This document shows positions 14,640-33,060 of a stretch of DNA of 64,000 nucleotides, piece after piece (position 1 is the stretch's first letter; every line of letters starts with the position of its first letter). The position numbers and the translations under genes are program-made. This DNA is from the human T2T-CHM13v2.0 reference genome, Homo sapiens, in the NCBI RefSeq assembly GCF_009914755.1, contig NC_060934.1. One strand, given 5' to 3'. The notes beneath the pieces are model-generated. The model saw only the letters and a list, made by a program, of their open reading frames with translations, ran no database searches and was not told the DNA's origin.

Positions 14640-14760
14640 TAGGCTGTGGAGTTAGACTTCCATCTCTGTTGCTTCCTTGCTGTGTGTCTTGGGACATGTG
14701 ACTTAACCTCTCTGAACTTGAGTTTCCTTATCTAGAAAATCAGGATGTAAACAGTACTTC
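14640..14760 (+). mobile_element. MIR fragment
   Basis: gacttaacctctctgaacttgagtttccttatct MIR core. Confidence 0.65.
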
Positions 14761-14774
14761 TTTGGTCACCTACT

Positions 14775-15150
14775 AGCTGTCCCTGAAAGTCCATTTTCCC
14801 CTTCTTTCATGAGAATTGAGCTCCGGCCATCCAGCTACAAACTACATTTCCCAGCCTCCATCGAGGCCACAAATGGCTATGTGACTATGTCCTCCCAATG
14901 GAATATGGGTAGCAGTGAGATGTGCAACTTCTCAATATTTGCTTACAATCCATGCTGGCTTTCTTTTCTCTCTCCCTTTTTGCGGCTAGAAAACAAGAGT
15001 GATAGTGACTGAATTTCAATCCTGTAGCATTAAGGACAACACCTGAGGGAAGCAGAGCAATAAAACAGAAGGAGCTTGGGTCCCTGAATGACTTCTGGGA
15101 GCAGGATCTAGCCTGTTACCATTACAGGAGAGGGAAGGAAATGGCTATCT
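14775..15150 (+). mobile_element. Old MaLR LTR (MLT1H-K-like)
   Basis: Diverged motifs ctacatttcccagcctcc…cagaaggagcttgggtccctgaatgac…gcagcttagcc…ctaataca. Confidence 0.55.
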
Positions 15151-16161
15151 TATTTCAGCCTTTGCCTTTCATCATCTCTGTATTGCAGCTTAGCCTTTAC
15201 CCTAATACACCTACCTCCTAGGATTTCTGTGAGGATCATCTGGGATGATGCACATCGAAGTTCCTGGTGTATCATAAGTTCTCATAAATGCCAGGTATCG
15301 ATCATAGTTTCAGTGGGATGGCAGTGCAGCTGACTTGTTACAGCATAACTGCTTTTGCTTCTGAATGCCTTATTGAATTTCAATTCTGTTATCCAGTGTA
15401 TCAGATTCTCCCCTTTGACTCTAGTTTTGAATAATTTTTAAAATGTGGAAAGCAAATCTGTGTTTTCATTTAAATCTTTCATTAAAATGCGTGGGAGGAA
15501 ACGGTGGCGAATCCCAAACCGAGGACCTGTCTTTACTGCACACCTTAGGGGTCTCCATTTCCATTTATCATTAATAAATGTGCTTTGACTATGGCTATTA
15601 AACACCTATAAATCTACCCAAACCTCCCCTTTGCTTTTAAGTAGATACCACATATGCCACGATGCAGATTAAAGCACCTCACGCTGAACTGGGAGCTGGC
15701 ACTTCACTCAATGAACAGCAAAGGAGCAGACTGATGCGTGGCAACATAATATCGGAGGGAAGCTATTTCTGTTTTAAAAGATCTGAGTTTTCTCCATCTC
15801 TCATTTAAAAGATCTCATTTATTCTCCACCTCAAAATAATCTGATTATTTAACAGTTTTATCTGATGGTTTTGCTTCCAAATAAAAGTATCTTTTAACTA
15901 GTACTCAAAATGAACATAACAGTACTCTGCTACTTGCTCACAGGGTAGAATAAAAGTAAACTTACTAGAAAGTGCTTTGAAATATCAGGATGTCAATGAA
16001 CTACGAGAGCTCATTAAATACTTAATATGGGATGGCCACTGTGCCAGTGCTATACATAGTGTTTTTATATAGCGATTTTCTCATTAAATTCTGCAACCAA
16101 CCATAATCCTCATTTTACAGATGAGAAAACGGAGGTACAGACTGTCTTAAAATCTTGCTTA

Positions 16162-16550
<389 letters not shown>

Positions 16551-16673
16551 CTATGATCGTTGTCAGCAGATGCAAGGCTGGGGTGCAGCAACACACTCCT
16601 CTCTGAATTCCCACCGCAGCCACCCCTCAGCCCCTCAAACAGCCTCTCATGCCTACGAAGACAGACCACAGAC

Positions 16674-17393
<720 letters not shown>

Positions 17394-17868
17394 TGAGATG
17401 TTAAGGGGCCATCCAGAAACTTGCTAAAAGCAAGTGCATTTACTAAATGCATATAAGTGAATGGGGATTATCCCACTGTAAAAAACCTTCTCCAGAAGGC
17501 ATGTGGCGACGCCTTAGCTTACCTGAGCTTCAATGGCTTCTGTGCCCTCTTCTGAGAATGGCTTTGAAAAGAGCAGGAAGGTGTTGAGCATAGAAGACAG
17601 CAGGAATGTGGAGGGAGAAAGAGCCGCAGAGGGGAGGAGGGGCATGGAACGAAGAGGAGGAGGGTAGCTGCTGACATCTCAGATGCCTTCCAGTGTTGTC
17701 TAGGGCTAGGTGGAGCTGATGAAAGAATGAATTTGTTGCCTTCATCGTCTCTCCTTTCTTTGCTTCCTGTCCCTTCAGATCACCTCTGCTTGCCAGAACC
17801 CCACAGAGAAAGGAGCCATGAAATATTTCTCCTCCTGGCCACCCTTTTTCCTTCAGAGGTCCTTGTCA

Positions 17869-18516
<648 letters not shown>

Positions 18517-18605
18517 TCAGTTTATGAAAACATATCAAGTTGTACACTTACTACATGTACATTTTTCTGCATGTATGTTACACTACAGGTTACTGCTTCC
18601 TTTAA

Positions 18606-19097
<492 letters not shown>

Positions 19098-19539
19098 CCA
19101 TGTATTCTTAAATTTACTACTTTATGATTAAAATAAATCAGACAATTTAAGTTTGGGAGCAAAATAAATAAATAAAGTTGGGGCCTGTGTCTTTGATAGG
19201 AGCTGAACAAGTATTTGTTTGGTGGATGGGGAGACAGGTGGTTGGGTGGTTGAGGTTGAAACCCCAGCTACAGTGAGGTTTCTGGGTTAGCTAAGAATTC
19301 CACTGGACTAAGCTACCAACATCCCACCATTACCAAGTAAAGCAGAGACCTTACTGTAGTGTGAACACCTATTTCCTTTGTTTTTTTTTAAAATGGCTTA
19401 AGATAAAATCTACATACCAAAAGATCACCCATTCTAAGTGTCCAATTCATGATTTGTAGTAAATTTAGAGTTTGATGACCATCACCACCATCCATCATCC
19501 TGACTGGAGTGACTTTTCTCTACCTGCAAATTTTACCAC

Positions 19540-20073
19540 ATTTGTGGTACATATATACCATGGGGCACTATTCAGCCACAAAAAAGAATGAGATCTTGTC
19601 ATCTGCAACAAGATGGATGGAACTGGAGCTCATTATATTCAGTGAATTAAGCCAGGCACAGAAAGACCATCTTCCCATGTTCTCGCTTATTTGTGGCAGC
19701 TAAAAATTAAAACGATTGAACTTATGGAGATAAAGAGTAGAAGGATGGTTTCCAGAGGCTGGGCAGGGTAGTGGGGGGTGGGGCAGAAGTAGGGATAGTT
19801 AATGGGTACAAAAAGAAGTTAGAAAGAATGAAGACGATCTAGTACTTGGTAGTGCAACAGGGTGATTATATTCAATAATAATTTCATGATACACTTAAAA
19901 ATAACTGAGTATAATTGGATTGTTTGTAACAAAGGACAAATGCTTGAGGTGATGGATATCTCATTTATCTGATGTAATTATCACACAATGTATGCCTGTA
20001 TCAAAATACCTCATATACCCCATAAACACATATACCTACTCTGGACCCACAAAAATTAAAAATTAAAATTAAA
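19540..20073 (+). mobile_element. L1MA 3' end
   Basis: tgtggtacatatataccatgg…aaaaagaatgagatcttgtcatctgcaacaagatggatggaactggag…cccacaaaaattaaaaatt. Confidence 0.9.
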
Positions 20074-20153
20074 ATGTACCGCATCTGAGAGAACCAGATC
20101 ATCTCCCCCACGGCTTAACATCCTCCAGATTTTCTAGCTAAAAAAGTAGATAA

Positions 20154-20556
<403 letters not shown>

Positions 20557-20879
20557 TAATTTGCCTTTCTTAAGGTCCAGTCTAATTTCTTAGTGCCCCT
20601 GGATGTGTGAACAAGGATGAACTGGCATTTTTTTCTCTTGTCTCTATTCAGCAATGGTGCCAAATCTCTCACTCCACTTTAAAGCCAAGGAGAGCACAGG
20701 CAGAGGGACGGATTAGCTTTCCCGATGGCACACAGCCACCAGAGGCCCTGCAGGGATTGGTATCAAGCCCACAGCAACTGGGGCATCTCCTTCCCACTGA
20801 AAACAGACAGGAGCTGTCATCAAAGGACTCACAAGCACCAGCGAGAGGGGTTACCTGAGTGGGTGAAAATAATGGCCAC

Positions 20880-21080
20880 ATCTGATGCTTAAAGAGGACT
20901 TCCTATGTGCCAGGACCATTCTAACCACTTGAAATGCTTTAACTCACTCCATCCTGGTAACGATTCCATTGTTATCTTCATTCTACAGATGAGGAAACTG
21001 AGGCACAGAGAAGATGGAGCTGGATTCAAACCCAGGCAGTCTGGCTTCCAAATCCATGCTCACAATCCTGATGCTACACG
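20880..21080 (-). mobile_element. MIR
   Basis: cattctacagatgaggaaactgaggcacagaga…ggattcaaacccaggcagtctgg. Confidence 0.8.
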
Positions 21081-21150
21081 TCTTAGAGAGAAGCAGGCTG
21101 ATCTGCTGTTCACCTGCAGAGGCTAGGGCAATGCAGTTCAAGAAAAATAA

Positions 21151-21526
<376 letters not shown>

Positions 21527-22822
21527 CAGCCATTTTCTAAAGCTGTTTATTACTCCATGGCCCCCACTCCACCAGCACACACACATCATTCTGCTAGTAA
21601 GCAGGGCCATTAAAATAAATCCAATCTACAAATATCCATTGAGCATGCCCTCTGTGTTAGGAACTGTGCATGGAGGTAGGAGCTATGTAAACATGAAGAG
21701 AAATCTGTTCCTTCAAGAATTTTATGGTGTTGTGGACTTCCTGCCGTAGAGCATCACTATCATATTAAATCTAATCTTCTATTTCTCCCATCAAACACCA
21801 AAACAGTTCCTAGATTATACTGTTTGGGAGGCTAGTAGGAAATCCCAGTGTAAATGGAAAGTACCAGCCCAGCAAGATCAAGTTCCACATTAAGTTCATT
21901 TGGGAAATGAGGGCTTTGTCTTGGACTGGGAAACCATGAATATAAGAAAGATGGAAAATCCCAGATGGGAGAAGACTGAACAGAGTGTTTTGTATGTTTC
22001 CAGATAACTGAAGTGGAATTAACCAGGAGGTGGTGTCTCTGTACAGAGCCTGAAAGGAAGGGGGAGGGAGTAGGTCAAGTTCTGCTAAATGCTCCAATAC
22101 TGAGCACCTCTTCTGTGTCCACTGTACTGTTGATACAGGGAATGGCAAGAGTAAGGCGCAGGTCCTGAGTTGGGAGAACTTAACATCTAGGACAGCTGGT
22201 AACACACTGCTCTGATTCTCCACTCTTCTCAGAATTTTTATGATCTTTTCTCTCCTCTCTTAACATTCTGCACCCTTACCTGGGCAACACCCAAGACAAG
22301 CGTGCAGTGGCTGAGAGCCCACATCCTCCCCATCACATTTTACCTCCGCAACCCTCCCGGGCCACCAGGATACCTGTTTCACTCTGCTGCAGCTCTACCA
22401 AGAGGGCTCCTTGTTTTGCAAAGCAGTTCCACCTGCCCCTGCCCAAGGTGCGCACGAAACACTGGCTGGTCCACGTGGCTGTAATTCTCCACCCCAAAAC
22501 CGTTTACAAAAACTGTATTGTTTTTGTATCAGCAAGACTTTTTCTAACAGGATCCATGAGATGAACCAGGCAAGCCTCCAAACACCTATCAGGTTATTTT
22601 CCCCCAGAACTTCACCAGCTTCACTTGTAGACTGGGAAAGGAGAGTACGGATTTGGTATTCCGAGCAACCTAAGCTGCTGAGAAAGCTCTCGCCTGCAGT
22701 CTCCCTTCCTGCCATCAACCCCAGCTTTCAAATCCTTATCTCTTGGCAAAAAAAAAAAAAAACCAAAAAAAAAAACATTATTTCAAAGCCAAGCCAATGT
22801 GAAAAGAAGGTGTCATCTTTAC

Positions 22823-22991
22823 CTCCAGTGGGTGACATATGGTGAATGTACACTTTCCCATCCCTGATGCTGTCTGGAGTGACTGATATCAAGTGGTCCT
22901 TCCATACTTTGATCCGGTTGGAAAATCCAATGATACTGAAACGGTCCTGGGGTCGGAGGTCATGGAGAATTGTGAAGAGGGCATCCTTGGT
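22823..22991 (-). CDS. ITIH5: ITIH5 exon 8 (169 nt): TKDALFTILHDLRPQDRFSIIGFSNRIKVWKDHLISVTPDSIRDGKVYIHHMSPTG(G), vWA domain
   Basis: Not in the ORF track; translated by hand. Acceptor ttttgtgtttgcctag|AC; donor GGAG|gtaaag; phase 0-1. Confidence 0.96.
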
Positions 22992-23735
22992 CTAGGCAAA
23001 CACAAAAGCAAAACCAGTCACAGCTGCTCACATAAGTCCACTTGTCCCCTGTTCTAGAAACCGCCCCCGCCCCCCAGGAAAAATGTCAGGGTTCAAATTC
23101 AGTGTCAGCTATGTAAAGGGCACTTGGCTGAATGTCAAGGAATTGGTTACCCAGCTGGAAAAAATGGTATAAAGATGTTACGGTTGTAGACACGAGTGAA
23201 TCAGTGCTGAATGCCGCATCCCGCCACGGTACTTCGGGCCTCCGCATCTCCACAATTGCTGTTCTCTTGACCCCAGATGTTCTTCCCCACCACCCTACCT
23301 CCATCTTTCACTTGACAAGCCCCTCATCATTCTTAAGAGCCAGGCAAGTGTGCAAATTCTCTGTTGGAAATTTTTCTGACTTCTCTGAAGAGAGCTGATC
23401 ATTCCCTCCCTTAGGCTGGCAAAGCCCTCAATGCATTCCTATTATAAAGCACACATCACACGATGATGATTGTTTTATCTCCTTCCCTTACTCGGTTGTG
23501 AGTTCTTTGCAGGAGGGTCTCCTTCATCTTCCTAACAGCTAGTGACAAGAAGGAGGTGCTAGACAAAGGTGAGGCAGGTGAATCAATGAATGAATGAACG
23601 TTTAATGAATTATAAAATTAAATGCCCAAATAATAAATACCATAGGAATTGAAAAGATTATTACTATGGGCTGGAGTGACATGAGGCCTTACAGAGAAAG
23701 AGGAATTTGAGGATGAGATTTAAAGAATACATTGA

Positions 23736-24051
<316 letters not shown>

Positions 24052-24379
24052 TGGAAGGGCATTCTGAAGAGAAGGAAGGCAGTTTGAGCAAAGCCAGGAA
24101 GTAATACAGGTGAGATCAGGGATGCTAAGTGATAACAGGTATACACTAAAATCAGCTGTGACGAATGGAAAGAAGAAAGAAGCCATATGACCTGAAACCA
24201 GAAATACTCTAGGGGCCTAGAAAAGGTTTCTATAGTAATCCATAGACACTGTGAGCAAACTCTGTCTTCCCAAGCAGCACTGTTGTTAGACACTTACAGG
24301 CTCAGCATAGGAGGTCAGGGACTTTCATTATATAATGACCATGAAAGGACATCCGGCACCTTTACGAAGTTGAAGAGCA

Positions 24380-24640
24380 CAGGCTTCAGAGCCAGCTGTC
24401 ACCCTTGAGGCTGGGTTCATCCCCGACTCTCCGTGGGGCCCTGGGGCCCTGAGCAGTAAGCTCCCTCACTTACTCGCTCTCTGATATCACTGCGCCCAAG
24501 TTACCCCATCCATAAAATCAGGACAGTAATAGTACCTGCCTCATCAGGTTGTCATGAGGATTAAATCAGAATCGAGATGAAAAGGGCTCTGAGCAGGGCC
24601 AGCCACACAATCAGAGTTCTAGATGGGTTTGCTGTTACTT
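24380..24640 (+). mobile_element. MIR
   Basis: ccccatccataaaatcaggacagtaatagtacctgcctcatcaggttgtcatgaggattaaat. Confidence 0.7.
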
Positions 24641-25023
24641 GCTGGCTGGTGGAAAGCCCCGGCAGAGCTTAAGAGAAACGGTGAAGTCGGGAGTGGTGGT
24701 TTCCAGAAGGACATGTGCTAAGTGGCTCTGGGACACCCTTGAAACACGCTGTAGGTCTCTTCCCCGGTTCATGACTCTTTGCCTTTCCTCCTTCCCCAGG
24801 TTCAGACAGATGGCCCCGTCGGCCCCTCTGGCTAGGTGAAATAACCACTGCTTTCGTATCCTTTCCCTCTGGAATTTTCTCTCTTCCTCACTCCTCAGCC
24901 GCCTTTCAATCCTGAATCCAACTGCTCATCCCACATTCCACTGTCCAACTTGAATTTGTAGGAACCTCAAATTCTACTTCAGAAAACTATTCTCAATGCA
25001 TCTATTTTTAAATCTGCACATTA

Positions 25024-25465
<442 letters not shown>

Positions 25466-25659
25466 TTATATTCTTTTCTGTAGGGCTAGTAAACTAAGAG
25501 TTTCTTGGCTGAGCAAACGTTCGCCTAACTTTCTCCCCGTGAGTTTTTGCTAAAGTAATGTTCCTCCACTTTCCCAGCACTTCTTCATTCCCAGGCTGAG
25601 AAAGCAATGGAGTTGATGGTATCATTAGAAGGATGATGATGACGACGCTGACGATATTA

Positions 25660-25880
25660 ACAGCTTGCATTTCCCGGGAGCTTCCTACTCCCTAGGCATA
25701 TGCCGAGTGTACAGGCTCTTCCTCTGTTGAGGTGATTAATTCTAAATCTTACGAGCCACCTGAGGGAAAGTAACTATTAGTATTCCCATTTTACAGATGG
25801 GGCAACTGAGGCATGGAGTGGCTAAGCATCATGCTCCATGGGAGACTGGATTAAAATGCAGGGAGTCTGACTTCAGGGAC
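25660..25880 (-). mobile_element. MIR
   Basis: attcccattttacagatggggcaactgaggc core. Confidence 0.7.
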
Positions 25881-26098
25881 AGCACGTGCACCAACGGCAG
25901 CAGAATCTGCAGCCCCAGGACGGCTGGAGCCGAGATGGCTCAGAGCTGTCACCCTTTTAACGTGCAGCAAATCTGGGGATCTCTTCCAAGTCCCTGTATG
26001 TTGATGGGCTCTGTTTACTTCTTTGTTTCTTTTGCTTCATTTCTGGCATCAACTAATGTATCCATCTCCTGTAACATCCTTGCAGAAGGCACTCAGGT

Positions 26099-26389
<291 letters not shown>

Positions 26390-27714
26390 TGAAGGCACTG
26401 CAGGATTTTTGCACCTGCCCAGGGACAAGAACAATGAACATATTTCATTAAACCCACCTTCTCATCCTACTGAAGAATGCAACAAGTTCTTCGGGGAGAA
26501 AAGAACAGCAATGGAGTGCTCCTTTCCATTCCCAGGGCTCGGAGACCTCCACTATTCTCTGTTCTCTCCTCTGCTATTCCCTCCTCCTATCCCCCGACAC
26601 TCTGCTTGTTCAGAGGGGCTGACTGCAGCGGTTTCCCGTCCTCTCCCATGCCTGGCTCCCACCCCCAGGAAATACGTCAAAGTATCCCATGCAAATAAAC
26701 AGAATCCACACCCAAGGTGTGCCAGCACTCTGCAGAAGACATTGTCAAGTCTATGCTGTTCCCTCCTTGAAACTCCTCCTGCTCTAGCTTCCCCGGCTCC
26801 TCCCTGGAGGGGATTGGTGCTCCCCTGGGCTTTGCTGTTGTCCCCCACCCCCCGCCCGCTGGCCCTTCAGGGTGAGTCACAGGGTCCTTTTCTCAGCTGA
26901 GGTTCTCACCTCCAGGTGACATCATCCATCCCCATGGTGCCAACTACCATCGTCATCTGTGAACTTCCAGACTTATCTCTGGAGCTGGCCTCTCGTTCCA
27001 TCCAGACCGACCTGCCAACCTTTTCTCCCTGCGTGTCCCACAGGTAGCTCAGACTCGACTCGGTGGAGAATGGAACCTTCATCTTTTTAAATCTCCCTCT
27101 CCTCGCTGCTCTCTGTCCCGGGACAGAGGACACTGCAACCTTCACCCGTGGTCCAAGGCGGAAGCCTGGATGTCAGGCCCTCACATCCTTCAACACCACC
27201 CTGGAATTCCAACTCCTCTCCCTAAATATCCCTGTGACCATAAACTGATATTCCTTTACTTCCTTTGTATTTTTTCTTAATACAAAAATATTACTCATTT
27301 TTTGAAAGATCAGAAGAAAAACATATACAACTCACATCATCACGCCTACCTAGAGACAACCACTACTAAAATGCTGGTGTGCCACACACCACTTCAGAAA
27401 CATCCCCGGCTGTGTGCGTGTGCACGTGTGATTTTAAAGGAAGTGGGATCATATAATACATACATCGTGCTGTAAAGTTTCTCTTTACTGTAACGTATCA
27501 TATACGGTTTTCATGTCAATGGAGAAATGTTTGCCACGTCATTTCAATAGCAACCCAGCATCCTCCTGCACGCATCCACCATGTCTTAATATTTTGGAAT
27601 ATCTGAGCAGCGCTGCTGGGAAGCTCATTATCCCCACGTCTTTGTGCCCAAGACTCTTCCCTTAGGATAAATTCCCATACGTGGAAGCGGAGCGACAAAG
27701 GGCTTGCACTTTAG

Positions 27715-28116
<402 letters not shown>

Positions 28117-28478
28117 TAATGTCTCTTTTTGGATACAAAATCCTCATTAAAATAAATGGTCCTGGTTCAAATCCCTGTCTTTTATTTCCTGCTAGTCTAC
28201 CCCAGCTATCAACAACAAGGTCTGATTTGCCCACACCCAGCTTCCCTAAACCCACCCTGCTTTCTCGTGACTTCCTGTGGTGGCACCAGGGGCTGCCCTC
28301 CTTCCCCGCCTTCCTGACACGTTGAGCTGTAGCCACCCTTCAAAACTCACTTGATATGTCCCCTCCTTGGTGAGGCCATTCCTAACTCAACAGTGAAGAC
28401 AGATGACAGCTCCATCCCCGATGCTGCACTGGCTGACACGTACCCCAGCTACACAATGTCCACGCTGTGCCGCCATGA

Positions 28479-29088
<610 letters not shown>

Positions 29089-29334
29089 ACACTTTTTCTG
29101 GTTTATTATTGTATATTTATTATTCTATATTTAATACCCAGCAGTGCCTGGCACATAGGAGATGCTTGACAAATGTGTTCTGAATAAGTGAGCAGTGAAT
29201 AAATGATCCACCTGTCACACTGGACAGGGAGTTCCTCAAAACAGCCATCCCCTTGCCCTGCCCCACCCTCCCAACATCACGGCATTTTGTACATTGTAGG
29301 CTTTTAGTAAATATCTGCTGTATTATTAAACAAA

Positions 29335-29475
29335 TAAGACAGCGACAGAGAAGAACAGAGATAGAGGAGACAGAGACAGACAGACAGAATACTCAGAGAG
29401 GGACAGAGAGAAAGAGAGAAACAGAAAGAGTAGGGGAAAGAGGAAAATAGAGGGGAGGAGAAAGAGACAGAGAGG
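29335..29475. repeat. GA-rich low-complexity tract
   Basis: Directly visible (gaca/gaga)n. Confidence 0.8.
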
Positions 29476-30249
29476 TTCTGTTGGTGAATTCAAGGGACAT
29501 GAGACACAGCCCAGCCCTTGAGAACCTAAGACAGACACTACTGAGAAAGAGGATGTGCAGGAAGCTCCAAGCTGCCTGATAGACAAGCTGCAGTGATGAT
29601 CAATAACTCGGAGAACTGCACTCCACAGGCAGGGGCGGCCTCAGCCAGGGTGCTGGGCCCTTCTCACCCTGGTTCATCCTGGGCTCAGCACAGCCTGTGT
29701 GAGCATCAGACAGACCCTGCGCACTCACAGTCCAGGTGTCCCCACCCAGGAAGGACTGAAGGTGCCGGCTGGGATGGGAGGGACAGCAGCATGCAGTGGC
29801 GGTGGTGGGGCAGTGCTGGGGTGCTGGGCCCAGTTCTCAGGCCCTCCTGAGAGTCTCCATGCTGCACACTGCTGGGCCCAGAGTGGTCAGGCTGCATGGG
29901 GGCCTGCCAGGAAGGCCACCCATGGCAGAGCTGCTGCTTTAGCTGCTGGCATCCTTGGGGATCCTTCACAGTGTGCCAAGAACCTCCAGAGGGACCCGCC
30001 TAGCTCTTAAGCTGGCATTTTTTTTTCCCCACAGGACGGATATTCTGCTTTAGGAAGAGCTATTCAATCTCTCTACCCTCCTTCCCTCAGCTCAGCAGCT
30101 ACAGGCTCCTTATGACCTTGTAAGGCCTCAGCTGCAACTTGTCCTTGCGTGCACCAGGGAAGGCAGCCCAGGCACCTCCCGGTGGCTCCATTCCCACTCA
30201 GAGGAGAACCATGTGGATGGACTCCTGCCCTCATTCCAGAGGGGGCAGG

Positions 30250-30905
30250 CACTGACTCCTACAGACTGCAGCCACCCAGCCCCACTCACCCCTGCAGACT
30301 GCAGCCACCCAGCCCCACTCACCCCTGCAGCCTGCAGCCACCCAGCCCCACTCACCCCTGCAGCCTGCAGCCACCCAGCCCCACTCACCCCTGCAGCCTG
30401 CAGCCACCCAGCCCCACTCACCCCTGCAGCCTGCAGCCACCCAGCCCCACTCACCCCTGCAGCCTGCAGCCACCCAGCCCCACTCACCCCTGCAGCCTGC
30501 AGCCACCCAGCCCCACTCACCCCTGCAGCCTGCAGCCACCCAGCCCCACTCACCCCTGCAGCCTGCAGCCACCCAGCCCCACTCACCCCTGCAGCCTGCA
30601 GCCACCCAGCCCCACTCACCCCTGCAGCCTGCAGCCACCCAGCCCCACTCACCCCTGCAGCCTGCAGCCACCCAGCCCCACTCACCCCTGCAGCCTGCAG
30701 CCACCCAGCCCCACTCACCCCTGCAGCCTGCAGCCACCCAGCCCCACTCACCCCTGCAGCCTGCAGCCACCCAGCCCCACTCATCCCTACAGACTGCAGC
30801 CACCTCCTCCACTAACTCCTGCAGACTGCAGCCACCCAACCTCATTCACCCCTGCAGACTGCAGCCACCTGGCCCCACCAATCCTTGCAGACTGCAGCCA
30901 CTGGC
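30250..30905. repeat. 33-bp GC-rich minisatellite (cagccacccagccccactcacccctgcagcctg), about 16 near-perfect plus about 3 degenerate copies
   Basis: Directly visible; 11-aa periodicity in four ORFs. Confidence 0.98.
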
Positions 30906-32099
30906 TCTGTTAACCCTTGACTTGCCTTCCCACCTCCAATGGGCTGAGCAGCCAAGAGCTCTGCCTCCTGTGGGGGGCTTAAGAGGAAAGAGGAGGAGCG
31001 TCCACACAGAAGGGTTCATGTGAGGGGCTGGAGCTGATCTTTCTGCACATCGTGTTCAGATGCTGAAGACGAACTGAAATGCAGTCAGACTCTGCCAGGA
31101 GCACAGTCCAGAGAACAGGGTAAGCACATTCCAGACAGATCAGAGGATGCCCAGAGAGGCAGAAGATGTGTCCTCTGAGCCTGTCCAGAGGAAAAGGGAA
31201 CATCACTTCAGGGACTGGACAAGATCCCCGTTCAGAGTCCCTCCCAATCCTGAGGCTGCATGATCATGGCTAGGAAGAGCTGTAGACTCTTCCAGTGCAG
31301 GTGATGGACACAGCTGGTCACCACTTACCCTCAATGCTCTTTCCAACTAACTAGGCCTGAAGGAAGAGACACTGGGCACCCCAGGAAGCCACGCTCGTGT
31401 CCTCTAAGCTCCCTCTAGGGGCCTTCCATGCTAGAAAGAGGCCAGCCTGCTTGAGACAGGTACCCCCAAAACATACATGTTGGAGTCATGAAGTTAATTC
31501 CTTAAAAGATGACCACAGGGGGCTGTGGAAATGTCTTCCCTGGAGATCTTCTAAAACAGGCATATAAAATGTATGATCATATGTATCGCAGTTTTCATGG
31601 AGATGAATACAATCAGGGTACAGGCCTGATTCGCGAGGGGATTAAGTGTCTGATTTTAGAAGGCCACTCTTGCTCTTTGGGGCCATAAGAAGAGTTTTCA
31701 ACTCATTGTCTTTATACTCTTGGACAAGGACAAGGGCTTATTTGGGGTGGAAACCAAGGGGATGGGGTTAGGGTCACTGCCTGACAACTCCTGGCTGGGA
31801 AGCCAGTGGGGAGGAATTAGCAAGTCTTGGGGAGAGTGGCGGATCAGGAAGAGGCAGGAACACCAAGCCCCTGTGCCTAGGGGATAAACATAAGGGGCAC
31901 CTGTGGGCCTCACTGAGGAGGAAAACAGGGTTCTTACAGAGGTCAACCCACAAGAGGCCCTTCGGGTTTCCCCTGGGGGGTCCGTGCCAGTTCCTAAAAG
32001 CACAATCCATAGTGAATGGGCGTCATCTCTGCTAACACAAGAGGACAAGCTGCAGACATGGGTCCACATGTCATCAGAAGAGATCTTTTAAAAATTCCA

Positions 32100-32290
32100 G
32101 GCTAGGAGCAATGGCTGTGGTCCCAGCTATTCAGGAGGCTGAGGCAGGAGGATCACTGGAGCCCAGGAGTTTGAGGCTGCAGTGAGCTAGGATCATGCCA
32201 CTACACTTCAGCCTGGGCAACGGAGCGAGACCCTAGCTCTAAAATGTAAATAAAAAAATAATAAAATTAAAATTGAAAAAATAAAAAATA
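32100..32290 (+). mobile_element. Alu right monomer (FRAM/AluJ-like)
   Basis: gtcccagctattcaggaggctgaggcaggaggatcac…A-rich tail. Confidence 0.85.
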
Positions 32291-32448
32291 CCAGATTATG
32301 TTTGGACTGAAGGGAGATTTTGAAAATCGCGCCCAGATAGATACACTTAGTAAACGGAAAGAATATACTTCTCTTACTATTCGGGTAGTGAAGACATACC
32401 TTGGCCTGGATGCAGGCATTACACAAGATTCCTTCTAACCCTAGTTAT

Positions 32449-32582
32449 CTAGAGTCACAAAGGATAGAGATTACTCTGTTTAATACTATTTTATGGTGAT
32501 GAATTCCTCTTCTTACTAGAGTCACAAAGGATAGAGATTACTCTGTTTAATACCATTTTATGGTGATGAATTCCTCTTCTTA
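32449..32582. repeat. 67-bp tandem duplication (2 copies, 1 mismatch)
   Basis: ctagagtcacaaaggatagagattactctg…cctcttctta at 32449 and 32516. Confidence 0.95.
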
Positions 32583-32748
32583 TACGTACTTCACTTGGGT
32601 TAAAAGAACAAAAGCCTATTTGCTTTAAAAACACTATCTTAGAAGTCCATTCCAGCTCCATCTTAGGTTTACTATTAAGTAAGTCCTTTAATTTCTTTCT
32701 ATTTAAATTCTTCCAGGCACAAGGCAGGACATAAATATAAGTAAACTC

Positions 32749-33060
<312 letters not shown>

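Noticed and set aside
29600-30010. GC-rich stretch that might be an old LTR (similar at about 40880-41440)
   Set aside because: I could not identify termini, TSD or family by eye; needs a Dfam search.
30128-30913. Four ORFs of 200-254 aa with 11-aa repeats; superficially a repeat protein or CRISPR-like array
   Set aside because: A 33-bp unit without stops is open in several frames by construction. Units are contiguous with no unique spacers, and the context is a primate intron.
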